A stretch of DNA of 64,000 nt, taken from the NCBI GenBank assembly GCA_964620825.1, contig CAZUKD010000002.1, forward strand, positions 233 through 64,232. The letters are read 5' to 3'. The stretch's first letter is position 1. Every line of letters begins with the position of its first letter. The notes beneath the pieces were generated by a model that saw only the letters and a program-made list of their open reading frames with translations, searched no databases and was not told where the DNA came from. Both the position numbers and the translations under genes were made by a program. This DNA is from an uncultured Ectothiorhodospiraceae bacterium. Lineage in GTDB: Bacteria > Pseudomonadota > Gammaproteobacteria > DSM-5130 > Acidihalobacteraceae. This document shows, piece after piece, positions 20,553 to 30,261 of this stretch.

Positions 20553-20618
20553 GAGCCTGTCGGGAGGGAGTGATGGACGTGAGGTTCATGTCAGTTTCTC
20601 CCGGCAGGCTTTGTTTTG
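20553..20618 (+). terminator. Putative intrinsic terminator after cyc1
   Basis: GAGCCTGTCGGGAG...CTCCCGGCAGGCTT followed by TGTTTT. Confidence 0.6.
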
Positions 20619-21013
20619 ATCGCCCGATAGCTTTCTCAAGCGGCTTGCAGGTTGGGGTTTAATCCTGGTTTGTGCGGTGGGCTGACTTTCAGCAGAGCCT
20701 GGTCTTTGGATTTATGGGTTGAGTTTGTCGATTAAGAAAAAAGTTTATGACATTTAATCGAACCTGACGGAACTTGTGGCCCATACTTCAGTCAGAAGAG
20801 TTTTACTAAAAGTAAAATTGTGGTTTTTGTGCGGGAAGCCGTGGAATTCCAGCCTGTTTTGAGCGGGTTTTCCGGGATCTGTCAGCCTTAAATGATAATG
20901 ATGCCGTAAAGCAGTTTTGGCGCAGGATTCCTGCGGGTTTGAGCGGATTATTGGATTGACTTGAAGTATAAACCGTCTGGTTTTTGATTGGCCCAATCAT
21001 TGAGGTGTGGTAC

Positions 21014-21706
21014 ATGAGACGCAAGAAATCCCTTCTAAAATCAATTTCTTTAGTGGCCAGCGCGGTGATTCTGATGCCCATCGCGGCGATCGCCGCACCC
21101 GCAGCGGGAGCGGCAAACACCAGCGCCAAGCCGATAACCCGCCCCCCAGCGGCGCGCCTAGCTCAAGTGGGCATTCCCAAGATCGTACAAACAACCTGCT
21201 TTGCCTGTCATGGTCTGCATGGCATGGCGGTGACCTCTGCCTATCCGAACCTGGCCGGACAATGGCCGAGTTATATCGAAAAGCAGTTACATAACTTCAA
21301 GACACACAAACGCGCTGATCCGTTGGCACCGGTCATGTGGGCGATGGCAGCTCCGCTTAGTGACAAGACCATCAAGCAGGTTGCACAATATTTCTTCATA
21401 CAAAAGCCGGCCCCAGGCAAGAGTTTTGCTCCGAAACAGGTGGCAGCGGGTCGCAAGATCTATTTTGGTGGCTTGCCGAGTAAAGGGGTGCCGGCCTGTT
21501 ATGCCTGTCATGGGGGAACCGCCGCTGGGCTTCCCCCCTGGTTTCCGCGCTTGGCCGGCCAGCGACGTCAGTATGTCGTCAATCAGTTGACCTACTTTAA
21601 AAAGGGACTGCGAACCAATGACCCCAAGAGCATGATGCGCTATATCGCCTCGCGTCTGAGCGCGAAGCAGATCAAGGAAATGGCTGCATTCGTGCGCTCT
21701 GAGTGA
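21014..21706 (+). CDS. cycA: Diheme cytochrome c4, CycA type (petI operon)
   Basis: CFACH...YPNLAGQ, CYACH...FPRLAGQ; first gene of cycA-sdrA-petABC. Confidence 0.85.
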   Translation: MRRKKSLLKSISLVASAVILMPIAAIAAPAAGAANTSAKPITRPPAARLAQVGIPKIVQTTCFACHGLHGMAVTSAYPNLAGQWPSYIEKQLHNFKTHKRADPLAPVMWAMAAPLSDKTIKQVAQYFFIQKPAPGKSFAPKQVAAGRKIYFGGLPSKGVPACYACHGGTAAGLPPWFPRLAGQRRQYVVNQLTYFKKGLRTNDPKSMMRYIASRLSAKQIKEMAAFVRSE

Positions 21707-21720
21707 GCGGAGAACCCGGT

Positions 21721-22542
21721 ATGGATGAGCATTCCAGGCAGGCTGGGATTAAAGAGGATGCGCTCAAGGGTAAGGTGATTCTGGTCACCGGCGCGAGTAA
21801 GGGGATCGGCCGGGCAGTGTCACTGGAATACGCCCGTAAAGGTGCAACTGTTTTACTGCTGGGAAAGACGCAACCCGATCTGGAGAATCTATACGACGAG
21901 ATTGTGGGGAATGGATATCCGGAGCCTGCAATCATGGTTGTGGATCTAGGTGAATCAGGCCATGACGCATTTAAAACAGTGGGTCTGGCAATTGCGCAGA
22001 ATTTCGATCAGCTTGATGGCATCGTACATAATGCTGTATTTCTGGGGCAATTGATGCCACTGGAGGATATCGAGGATATTTTCTGGGATCAAACCTTCCA
22101 GGTCAATCTGCGCGCACCCTTTCTAATCACCCGGCAATGCTTGCCGGTGCTTGAGGCGGCACCCTATGCCTCGGTTATTTTTACAGGAGAAGCCTCGGGG
22201 CGGGCGCCTATTGGCTATTGGGGCGCTTATGGCATCAGTAAAGCGGCCTTGATTCATATGGCCAAGACCTGGGCCATCGAGTATACCAAAACCAGCATCC
22301 GCATGAATATCATTGATCCAGGGCCTTGTCGCACGGGCTTGCGCTGGATAACGCATGCGGGTATGCCGATGCAGAGTTATCCGCCACCAGAGGCGATTAC
22401 AGCCATCTATGTCCGTTTGATGACCGCTGAGGTGATGCAGCATAACGGCGAGATTTTCGATGCCCAGGACTGGTTCGATCCAGCAAAAGATGACCGCAGC
22501 GAGGAAGATAAACGAATTCTTTTGGAAGCCAGTATTTCCTGA
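21721..22542 (+). CDS. sdrA: Short-chain dehydrogenase SdrA (YciK-like)
   Basis: TGASKGIG, YWGAYGISK (YxxxK); position within the pet operon. Confidence 0.85.
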   Translation: MDEHSRQAGIKEDALKGKVILVTGASKGIGRAVSLEYARKGATVLLLGKTQPDLENLYDEIVGNGYPEPAIMVVDLGESGHDAFKTVGLAIAQNFDQLDGIVHNAVFLGQLMPLEDIEDIFWDQTFQVNLRAPFLITRQCLPVLEAAPYASVIFTGEASGRAPIGYWGAYGISKAALIHMAKTWAIEYTKTSIRMNIIDPGPCRTGLRWITHAGMPMQSYPPPEAITAIYVRLMTAEVMQHNGEIFDAQDWFDPAKDDRSEEDKRILLEASIS

Positions 22543-22563
22543 ACTAATAAGGAGCGAAAGACC

Positions 22564-23205
22564 ATGTCAGATACCCACAACACACTGGACGACAAGCCGT
22601 CCATTCAGCGCCATCCAGAGGACAAGACCAAACGGCGATTTTTAATCGCTGCATTGGCCGGTGCCGGAGGCACCGTTATCGGCGTGACGGTCGGCCCCAT
22701 GATCAAGACGCTCTATCCCACCGCTGCGCAGAAAGCGCTGTCGATTACCACGATTGATTTGAATCTGGTGATGCCGGGTATGCAGTTTATCGCCATGTGG
22801 CAGGGTAAGCCTGTGATCACGATCAACCGCACCAAGGCCATGCTCAAGCAGGTGCTGTTGGCGCAAAACAAGAATCTGTTGAAGGACCCACACTGCAAGA
22901 TTCCGCAGCAGCCTCCCTATTGTCCCGCGCCTTACCGCGCCCGCGTGCCGCAATGGTATGTCGGCATCAAGATCTGCAACCATTTGTGTTGTGTGCCGCA
23001 TTATAAGCCCATACTGCATAGCGTAACGTCCTGGTGGCCGGGAGGGTTTCATTGCCCTTGCCATGGGTCCATGTATGATCTCTCTGCCCGGGTCATCCAT
23101 GGTTCCCCGGCACCCCACAACATGACGATCCCGGAATACACTATTGATCTTAAGAAAATGGAAGTGGTGGTGACCAAATGGTATCCACCGGCGGTGTTGT
23201 GTTGA
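22564..23205 (+). CDS. petA: Rieske Fe-S subunit of the bc1 complex
   Basis: KRRFL Tat-like anchor, CNHLCC and CPCHGSMY boxes. Confidence 0.95.
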   Translation: MSDTHNTLDDKPSIQRHPEDKTKRRFLIAALAGAGGTVIGVTVGPMIKTLYPTAAQKALSITTIDLNLVMPGMQFIAMWQGKPVITINRTKAMLKQVLLAQNKNLLKDPHCKIPQQPPYCPAPYRARVPQWYVGIKICNHLCCVPHYKPILHSVTSWWPGGFHCPCHGSMYDLSARVIHGSPAPHNMTIPEYTIDLKKMEVVVTKWYPPAVLC

Positions 23206-23259
23206 TAGATTAAATGTCGTTGTGCTATTGGATTGGATCATGAATGGAGGAATGCACCC

Positions 23260-24474
23260 ATGAGTTTAAAGGAATGGATTGACAAAAGATCCCCGCTGTC
23301 GGAAATGCTGCGCGAGCATGTCACGGAATATTACGCGCCCAAAAACTTCAATATCTTTTATTATGCCGGTTCGCTGCTGATTTTCCTGATAGTGTTGCAA
23401 TTTATCAGCGGGTTTTTTCTGCTGGCGCATTATGTCCCTAATGGGCCTGCGGCATATACATCGACGATGGCTATCATATACGATGTCCATTGGGGCTGGA
23501 TGATACAATACCTGCATGTCGATGGAGTTTCGCTGATATTCGTGTTGATTTATCTGCATATGGCCCGCGGTATGCTGTACGGGTCATATAAGGCCCCGCG
23601 TGAGCTCGTCTGGCTGATCGGTTATGTGATCTACATGCTCATGGCGGGTGAAGCCTTTTTTGGTTATATACTGACTTACTCGAATCTGTCTTTCTGGGCG
23701 GGTACGGTCATTACCGCCATTGCCGGGTCGATCCCCGTGATCGGGAAGTGGCTGGAGATGCTGCTGCGTGGTGGGCCTGGAATTTCCGCGGATACCGTAG
23801 AGCGGTTTTTGTCTTTGCACGTCACCCTGATTTTCCTCCTGATTGTAGCGCTCATCGTGTTTCACATTCTGTATCTGCACAAAGTGGGCTCCAACAACCC
23901 GGATGGCATCGAGATCCACGACAATGAAGATAAGCACGGCCATCCGCTGGACGGGATTCCATTCCATCCGTATTACTCGGTGAAAGATCTGTTTGGCATG
24001 GGCGTGTTTCTCACCATTTTTTCCTGGATCCTGTTCTACGAGCCAACCTTCTTCCATATCTTCCTGGAGCGGACCATGTCGACACCGGCGAATCCGCTAA
24101 AGAGCTTGCCGGACGTTAGCCCACCCTGGTACCTCGGGGCTTATTACGCGATTCTGCGGGGTTACTCGATCAAGATGCTGGGTATTGGTCTGATGCTCCT
24201 GGCTCTGGTGATGCCTCTCTTCTTGCCGTGGCTGGATCGGAGTGCGGTGAGATCCACCCGTTATCGTCCGTTGACACGGATCCTGTGGCTCATTTTCTTC
24301 GCCGATTTTGCCTGGCTGACGTATATGGGTGCATTGCCGGCTCTTCCAAGCTTGATCATACCGCAGCGAATCGCAGGGCTGATTTACCTCAGCTTCTTCG
24401 TTGCTCTTCCCATCGTGAGTAGTTTTGAACCCACGCGACAGCTGCCAAAGCGTGTCCGCTACCACGCGCATTGA
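23260..24474 (+). CDS. petB: Cytochrome b of the bc1 complex
   Basis: YLHVDG...YLHMARG and SLHV...FHILYLH heme ligands, GSNNPDG, PFHPYY, PPWY Qo motif. Confidence 0.97.
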   Translation: MSLKEWIDKRSPLSEMLREHVTEYYAPKNFNIFYYAGSLLIFLIVLQFISGFFLLAHYVPNGPAAYTSTMAIIYDVHWGWMIQYLHVDGVSLIFVLIYLHMARGMLYGSYKAPRELVWLIGYVIYMLMAGEAFFGYILTYSNLSFWAGTVITAIAGSIPVIGKWLEMLLRGGPGISADTVERFLSLHVTLIFLLIVALIVFHILYLHKVGSNNPDGIEIHDNEDKHGHPLDGIPFHPYYSVKDLFGMGVFLTIFSWILFYEPTFFHIFLERTMSTPANPLKSLPDVSPPWYLGAYYAILRGYSIKMLGIGLMLLALVMPLFLPWLDRSAVRSTRYRPLTRILWLIFFADFAWLTYMGALPALPSLIIPQRIAGLIYLSFFVALPIVSSFEPTRQLPKRVRYHAH

Positions 24475-24501
24475 TCAGCCGATAATAAGGAGAAATGGAT
24501 C

Positions 24502-25200
24502 ATGAAGAAATATCTAGGGATTATCGGGTTGGCAGCTAGCATGGGATTAGTTGCACCCTCTGCATTCGCAGAGAGCAGCCCCAAATTACTGGTACCGCAT
24601 ATCACCATGTCGAAGACGCAGGTCATTGCCGGGGCCAAACTGTTTGCCGAGCGCTGTATGGCCTGCCACTCCCTGACATTCATGCGCTACAGCTATCTAC
24701 ATGCAGATCTTGGCCTGTCCAAGGCGGCGATCAAGAAATATATCTTGCTACCGGGTAAGGCTAATTATCTGGGACACATGATTTCGCCCATGCCGCCGAA
24801 GATGGCCGTCAAATGGTTCGGCAGGCAGCCCCCCAATCTGAGTCAGATGGAGCGCTACAAGGGGCCTGACTGGATCTACACCTATTTGCTGTCTTTCTAT
24901 TGGGACCCACAGCGCCCATCGGGCTGGGATAACCATATTTTCCCCAATGTAGCAATGCCCAACATCATGGCTCCATGGGGCGGGATTGTGAATATCAAGG
25001 GCAAGGTGCTGGTGGCGGGCAGTGAATCCCAGCAGGAATTTCGTCAACAGATGACGAATATCGTTGCCTTTTTGAAGTACGTTTCCGATCCGTCCTATTA
25101 TGTACGGCACCGGATTGGCCCGTGGATGATCGGTATCCTGGTGTTCTTCACGATAATTGCCTATCTGGTGAAACGGGAATTCTGGAAAGACGTCAAATAA
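24502..25200 (+). CDS. petC: Cytochrome c1 of the bc1 complex
   Basis: CMACHS, WFGRQPPNLS, VAMPNI, C-terminal TM helix and KREFWKDVK. Confidence 0.95.
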   Translation: MKKYLGIIGLAASMGLVAPSAFAESSPKLLVPHITMSKTQVIAGAKLFAERCMACHSLTFMRYSYLHADLGLSKAAIKKYILLPGKANYLGHMISPMPPKMAVKWFGRQPPNLSQMERYKGPDWIYTYLLSFYWDPQRPSGWDNHIFPNVAMPNIMAPWGGIVNIKGKVLVAGSESQQEFRQQMTNIVAFLKYVSDPSYYVRHRIGPWMIGILVFFTIIAYLVKREFWKDVK

Positions 25201-25308
25201 CGAGGGAGGGCGATACCCCGGTTCATAGGCTTAATAGTTACCATCTTTCATCTTTATTACTATACTGATAACTGTATGCACTAAGCGTGAGAATGAAGCA
25301 GGAATCTT

Positions 25309-28300
25309 ATGATGGAGGAGCAAGGTGGTGGCAATGGAGGCCAGCTCAGACCCCCGCCAACCGGGGCGCTGCTAAAGCGGATGTGGCCCGAGCGTGCGCT
25401 GGTCTATGGGCTGCTGCTGGGTTTCGCCTTGTTTTCCGGTTTCTATACCTGGTACAGCGTTCTGCAATTTCGTACCGAGCAAATTACCGACCTCGACCGG
25501 TTGGCGGAGGTCGGGATGACCGGATTAATCGCCGATTATCTCCATCGACTGGATACCGAGACGCAAACGCTGTTGGCCATGCATGGCCGGAGGGAAATCC
25601 TGCGGCCTGCGGATAAGAGCTTGCTGGCTCTGAGCCTGCGTGGAGCCGATGGTCAATGGCGTACACTATTCGGTTCCCCCGTGCCTGTGCGGTTGCGCGG
25701 TATCCCATGCCCTCGACCCGATGGCTGTATTCTGGAGGTGCAGCCTGTGCCCGGTTCTCGGGTAGGCCAGGGTGTCTTGTGGTTACGCCGCCCGTGGCGC
25801 GGACAAACGATCTATGCCGCCAGTTCGATTGTCGTGCTGCAAAAATTGTGGCGGAGCATTCCGCAGCGTGCTGCGGATGCCTTGTTTCTGCGTCCGGTCG
25901 GCGGTAAACCCATCCAGATCTGGCCGCTGCGAGTCATGCCAGGCGCTATCCGGGTAGTTGCTTGGGCGCCGGTGAATGGTAGTAAGCTGGAGTTGGGTGT
26001 CGGCGCATTGGCGTCATCGCTGCATCGAAGGTGGCGGGAAATCATCTGGCCAGGTATGTTGTTCCTGTTACTGGTTTTACTCTTAGCGGAAGCCGCGATC
26101 CGCGCGGCTGAACGCCGATCTGCGCTAACCCAGGCTAAAATACTGGATAATCAGCACCAAATTAGCCGGATCAAGAACCTGTACTCCACGCTTTCGGATG
26201 CCAATCAGCTGATTATTCACCATCCCGATCCACAGACACTGTTTAATACCGTTTGTCGCTTGCTGGTCGATCGAGTCGGTATCAATGCGGCGTACATCGG
26301 TTGGCTGGACGCCGCGGCAGTCTCTGGAGCAGCTAAAGAGGAATCAGGGGTGCGTTGGGTTGCCTGGGCTGCCCAGGGAAAAGTTGATGGCGATCTATCC
26401 TGTCAGCCACAGCCCGGCGTGGTGGAGCATGTACAAATGACTGGGGCGATGGGCTTGGAGTCTGCGCCTATGGCTTGTAAGCATTCCAGTTGTTGTACGC
26501 ATGATGCAACCCAGGTGGGATTTCCAATCCGCCAGCAGGATCGCATTGTGGCTCTGTTGTGGTTATGCGTAGGTCGGCGCATGATCGAAAATCAAGAAGT
26601 GCAAGACCTGCTAAGAGAACTGGTGGGTGATCTGGGTTATTCTCTGGAGGACAATGCACAGCGCCAGCAATTGCGCTATGCCGCTTATCATGATCGGTTG
26701 ACCGGTCTGGCCAATGATCTGCACCTGCTTGAAACCCTGCGAACCGCAGGTGAGCAGCCCGGTACGCAGGGCATTCTCATCGCCCTGGCTTTCCGGCGGA
26801 TTAACGAAATCAATGCGACCTATGGCTGGGATGCAGGGGATGGCCTGATGCGCGTAGCCGCCCAACGCTTGCAAGTGTTGGGCGGCGCCTATCCAGGTGG
26901 ATTAGCGGCGCGGGTGGGGGGTAACCATCTGTTTTTACTCTTACCCGGTATCGATGGTGTTCAGGCCAAGAGGCTAATCCGGGAGGTGGTGCAGCGCTTA
27001 GCGGAGCCGATCTTGCTCGGTGATGTCACGCTCTATAATTCGGAACCGCACGCGGGTTGGGCGTGCTGGCCGGAACATTGGGACGGAGCGGAACGCCTGT
27101 TGGTGCGGGCCGAGCTTGCCTTGGAAATGGCTAGGTCTCTAACCGGCGCGGAATTATGTGTTGTGCGGTTTGCATCGGAGATGGAGGAAACGGTGCGGGA
27201 GGCGGGAACGGTGCGCCGGGAATTTTCCCGTGCACTCGCTCAAGGTGATCTGGTGTTGTATTACCAGCCGATCTTAAACCTCACCGATGGCTGCATTACC
27301 GGCATGGAATCGCTGATCCGCTGGATCGGTTCGGATGGCGTTGTGCGCCCACCGAATCGTTTCATACCCTATATCGAGCAGGATGCCCAGTGCTTGCGAG
27401 CGCTGGGGCGGTTCGTACTCGACCAGGGGTTGGCTCAGGTGACCCGCTGGTCCCGGGCGGGATTGGTGATCGATGTGGCGGTGAATATCGGCGCCAGCCA
27501 TCTCGTTGATCCGGCCTTTATCGATGATCTGCGCGCTGCCCTGGAAGCACATCCCGATGCTGCTCCAGAACACCTGACTATCGAATTGACCGAGAGCGCT
27601 TACCTTGGCGCTCCGGAAGTTGCCAGTGCTGTTCTGAAGAAGGTGCGGGCACTGGGTATCCGTGTGGCACTGGATGATTTTGGTACCGCCTACGCTTCGC
27701 TATCCTATTTGCAACAATTGCCGGTGGATCGCATCAAGGTGGATATATCCTTCACTCAGCAATTGCTCAAGGGGCAGCGCGCCGAGGCGATCATCAGTGG
27801 CGTGATCATGACCGCCCGTCTGCTCGGTATTGAGGTGATCGCAGAAGGAGTGGAAACTGAAGACCAGGCGCATCTACTACGTCATATGGGCTGCGACAAA
27901 CTGCAAGGCTACCGGATCGCCCGGCCAATGCCCGCCAATGAGGCCGATACCTGGTTGCAGGCATGGAATCCAGCGCCATGGGCAAACGCAGAAGACGGAG
28001 TGCTCGAACCCTTGCTAGCCCACGCACGGATGTTTTACGTGGTTTTGCAGGATTGGGCTTGTGTGAAGCAGATTAAATATTTGGCGGTGGGTGAGGCAGA
28101 GGCTGTTATTTGTTCCTGGCTGAGAGAGGAGGATGAGTTCAGGCTGGTATTCGAGCGATTTGAGTCTGCCTCGGAGCGTGAGCGCTGGTGGCGGATTCCG
28201 GAGGTAATGCGCGATAATTATCTCACGCTATTGCGGGAAGCACAGATGTTGGTCAGCGGCCTGGGCCAGCTCAATGAGGAGGAAGTTCAGTGTGCCACCG

Positions 28301-28398
28301 ATTCCTTGGCCATGCGCTTTGAAACTTTCATGTACAATTTGGCCCGGCAACCTTTTCCGCTAACCGATCTGCGCCTCACCGGGCCACGCGAAAGCTGA
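25309..28398 (+). CDS. Membrane-anchored GAF / degenerate GGDEF / EAL c-di-GMP phosphodiesterase
   Basis: Two TM segments; GAF-like region; HDRLTGL...ARVGGNHL (degenerate GGDEF); ESLIRW, IELTES, ALDDFGTAYASL, IAEGVET, LQGY. Confidence 0.88.
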   Translation: MMEEQGGGNGGQLRPPPTGALLKRMWPERALVYGLLLGFALFSGFYTWYSVLQFRTEQITDLDRLAEVGMTGLIADYLHRLDTETQTLLAMHGRREILRPADKSLLALSLRGADGQWRTLFGSPVPVRLRGIPCPRPDGCILEVQPVPGSRVGQGVLWLRRPWRGQTIYAASSIVVLQKLWRSIPQRAADALFLRPVGGKPIQIWPLRVMPGAIRVVAWAPVNGSKLELGVGALASSLHRRWREIIWPGMLFLLLVLLLAEAAIRAAERRSALTQAKILDNQHQISRIKNLYSTLSDANQLIIHHPDPQTLFNTVCRLLVDRVGINAAYIGWLDAAAVSGAAKEESGVRWVAWAAQGKVDGDLSCQPQPGVVEHVQMTGAMGLESAPMACKHSSCCTHDATQVGFPIRQQDRIVALLWLCVGRRMIENQEVQDLLRELVGDLGYSLEDNAQRQQLRYAAYHDRLTGLANDLHLLETLRTAGEQPGTQGILIALAFRRINEINATYGWDAGDGLMRVAAQRLQVLGGAYPGGLAARVGGNHLFLLLPGIDGVQAKRLIREVVQRLAEPILLGDVTLYNSEPHAGWACWPEHWDGAERLLVRAELALEMARSLTGAELCVVRFASEMEETVREAGTVRREFSRALAQGDLVLYYQPILNLTDGCITGMESLIRWIGSDGVVRPPNRFIPYIEQDAQCLRALGRFVLDQGLAQVTRWSRAGLVIDVAVNIGASHLVDPAFIDDLRAALEAHPDAAPEHLTIELTESAYLGAPEVASAVLKKVRALGIRVALDDFGTAYASLSYLQQLPVDRIKVDISFTQQLLKGQRAEAIISGVIMTARLLGIEVIAEGVETEDQAHLLRHMGCDKLQGYRIARPMPANEADTWLQAWNPAPWANAEDGVLEPLLAHARMFYVVLQDWACVKQIKYLAVGEAEAVICSWLREEDEFRLVFERFESASERERWWRIPEVMRDNYLTLLREAQMLVSGLGQLNEEEVQCATDSLAMRFETFMYNLARQPFPLTDLRLTGPRES

Positions 28399-28538
28399 AG
28401 AAGAATGGTGAGTTTATCTCGCATCATGGGTGATCTGGCAGAAGCTGGTTGGCGCGGACGAGCCGGTTTTGCCGCGGATTTCAGTACGGTGAGTGAGGAC
28501 GGTGGGAACTTTGATTCCTCGATCGGGTCTGACAGGCC

Positions 28539-29594
28539 ATGTTAGGACTTCCCTACGACCAGCTAGTCTACCCCAATCCGCTAAATATCGATTCGATCGC
28601 CGTTACGCTCGGCCCACTGAAGGTGCATTGGTATGCGCTGGCCTATCTGGTCGCTTTCGCCCTGTATCTGCTGCTGGCCATGTTCCGGGCTGGCAAGCCG
28701 GGCTACAGCCTCAATCGCGCTCAGGCCATCGAGGCCCTGTTCGCCGGTGAGCTGGGCGCCTATCTGGGTGGTCGCATCGGTTATATCCTGTTTTACAATT
28801 TACCGCTCTACCTGGCGCATCCCTTGAGTATTTTTGCGATCTGGCAGGGTGGTATGAGTTTTCATGGTGGCCTGATCGGGGTCATTATCGCCCTTTATCC
28901 GCTCGCACGCCGGGAAAAGATGAGCCTGCTGCAAGTGACCGATTTCGTGGCACCACTGATTCCGCTGGGATTGGCGGCGGGGCGGCTGGGTAACTTCATC
29001 AACGGTAATTTATTTGGCCGGGTCTGCCACGGCTCTTTCCCCGGGTGTGCCTATTTCCCCTATGGTGGAGATGTGCTGCGCTATCCCTCGCAGTTGTTCG
29101 AGGGGGCCGGGGAAGGTCTTGCACTGTTTGCGATCCTGTGGCTGTTTTCGCGCCGAGTGCGGCCGACCGCTGCGGTGTCGGCGCTATTTTTGCTGAGCTA
29201 CGGAATCATTCGCTTCGTACTCGAATTCTGGCGACAGCCTGACCCGCAACTGGGGTTTGTGGCCTTCGGCTGGATGACTATGGGGCAGCTGCTGTCGATC
29301 CCGATGATGATCGGCGGTGTGGCGATGCTGGTGTGGGCTTACGCACCCGCTGGGCGGACGGCACAGCCTTTGCTGGCGCAAGCCGGTCAGGGGTTGATCC
29401 CCCTACCTAAGCGCGGGATTATAGGCGAAGAGAGGCACCGATCCTGGCAGCCTGGCAGGCGCCAAACGGGCCTGGCGGCCGCTATGGGCATTAGGCGTCA
29501 GACATGGATTGCGGGCGCGTGGCGCACACCGGGCAGGCCGGGTCGCGCGGTAGCCGCAAGGTACGCCATTCCATCTGCAACGCATCGAGGATGA
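28539..29594 (+). CDS. lgt: Prolipoprotein diacylglyceryl transferase with a C-terminal extension
   Basis: VHWY, GGRIGY, GGMSFHGG, GRLGNFING, PSQLFE, RFVLEFWRQPD, TMGQLLS; 3' end overlaps moeB. Confidence 0.88.
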   Translation: MLGLPYDQLVYPNPLNIDSIAVTLGPLKVHWYALAYLVAFALYLLLAMFRAGKPGYSLNRAQAIEALFAGELGAYLGGRIGYILFYNLPLYLAHPLSIFAIWQGGMSFHGGLIGVIIALYPLARREKMSLLQVTDFVAPLIPLGLAAGRLGNFINGNLFGRVCHGSFPGCAYFPYGGDVLRYPSQLFEGAGEGLALFAILWLFSRRVRPTAAVSALFLLSYGIIRFVLEFWRQPDPQLGFVAFGWMTMGQLLSIPMMIGGVAMLVWAYAPAGRTAQPLLAQAGQGLIPLPKRGIIGEERHRSWQPGRRQTGLAAAMGIRRQTWIAGAWRTPGRPGRAVAARYAIPSATHRG

Positions 29595-30261
29595 GTACCC
29601 GGCCGCAAAGGGATTCCCCGATCCCGGTTAATAGCTTGATCGTTTCGGTGGCCTGGATGGCGCCAATGATACCCACCACCGGTGCTAAGATACCACTATC
29701 GCTGCAACTGTTTTCCTCTTCCTCAAGGTTGTCCGGATAGAGGCAGCGGTAACAGGGGCTGGTTGCAGCACACGGATTAAAGACACTCACCTGGCCTGCA
29801 AAGCGGATAGCGGCGCCGGAGACCAGCGGAGTCATGGTGTTCACGCACAATGCATTGAGCGTGAAACGGCTGGCGAAATTGTCGGTACAGTCGATGACGA
29901 CATCGGCGGCGCGCACATAAGGGCGCAGGGTATCCGGATCGGGTCGCGCATCGATACATTCCACTTGCACGTCGGCATTGATTGCCCGAATGGCGGCGGC
30001 GGCAGAAAACACCTTGGGTTGGCCGATGCGAGCCCGGGTGTGGGCGATCTGACGCTGGAGATTGGAAAGATCAACGCGATCGTAATCAGCGAGCATCAGA
30101 TAACCTACGCCGGCTGCAGCCAGATAAAGCGCTACCGGCGAGCCCAGCCCGCCGAGGCCGACGATGAGTACCCGCGCGCGGAGCAATCGAGCCTGGCCGG
30201 TGTAGTCTATCTCCGGCAGCAGGATCTGACGGCTGTAATGCAGTAGCTGCTGTTCATTCAT
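29491..30261 (-). CDS. moeB: MoeB/ThiF adenylyltransferase
   Basis: YSRQI, GLGGLG, SNLQRQ, DCTDNF, CYRC, CPVC. Confidence 0.92.
   Translation of the reverse strand: MNEQQLLHYSRQILLPEIDYTGQARLLRARVLIVGLGGLGSPVALYLAAAGVGYLMLADYDRVDLSNLQRQIAHTRARIGQPKVFSAAAAIRAINADVQVECIDARPDPDTLRPYVRAADVVIDCTDNFASRFTLNALCVNTMTPLVSGAAIRFAGQVSVFNPCAATSPCYRCLYPDNLEEEENSCSDSGILAPVVGIIGAIQATETIKLLTGIGESLCGRVLILDALQMEWRTLRLPRDPACPVCATRPQSMSDA

Noticed and set aside
20885-20910. Fur-box-like AATGATAATGAT upstream of cycA
   Set aside because: Only about 11 of 19 positions match the consensus in an AT-rich region.
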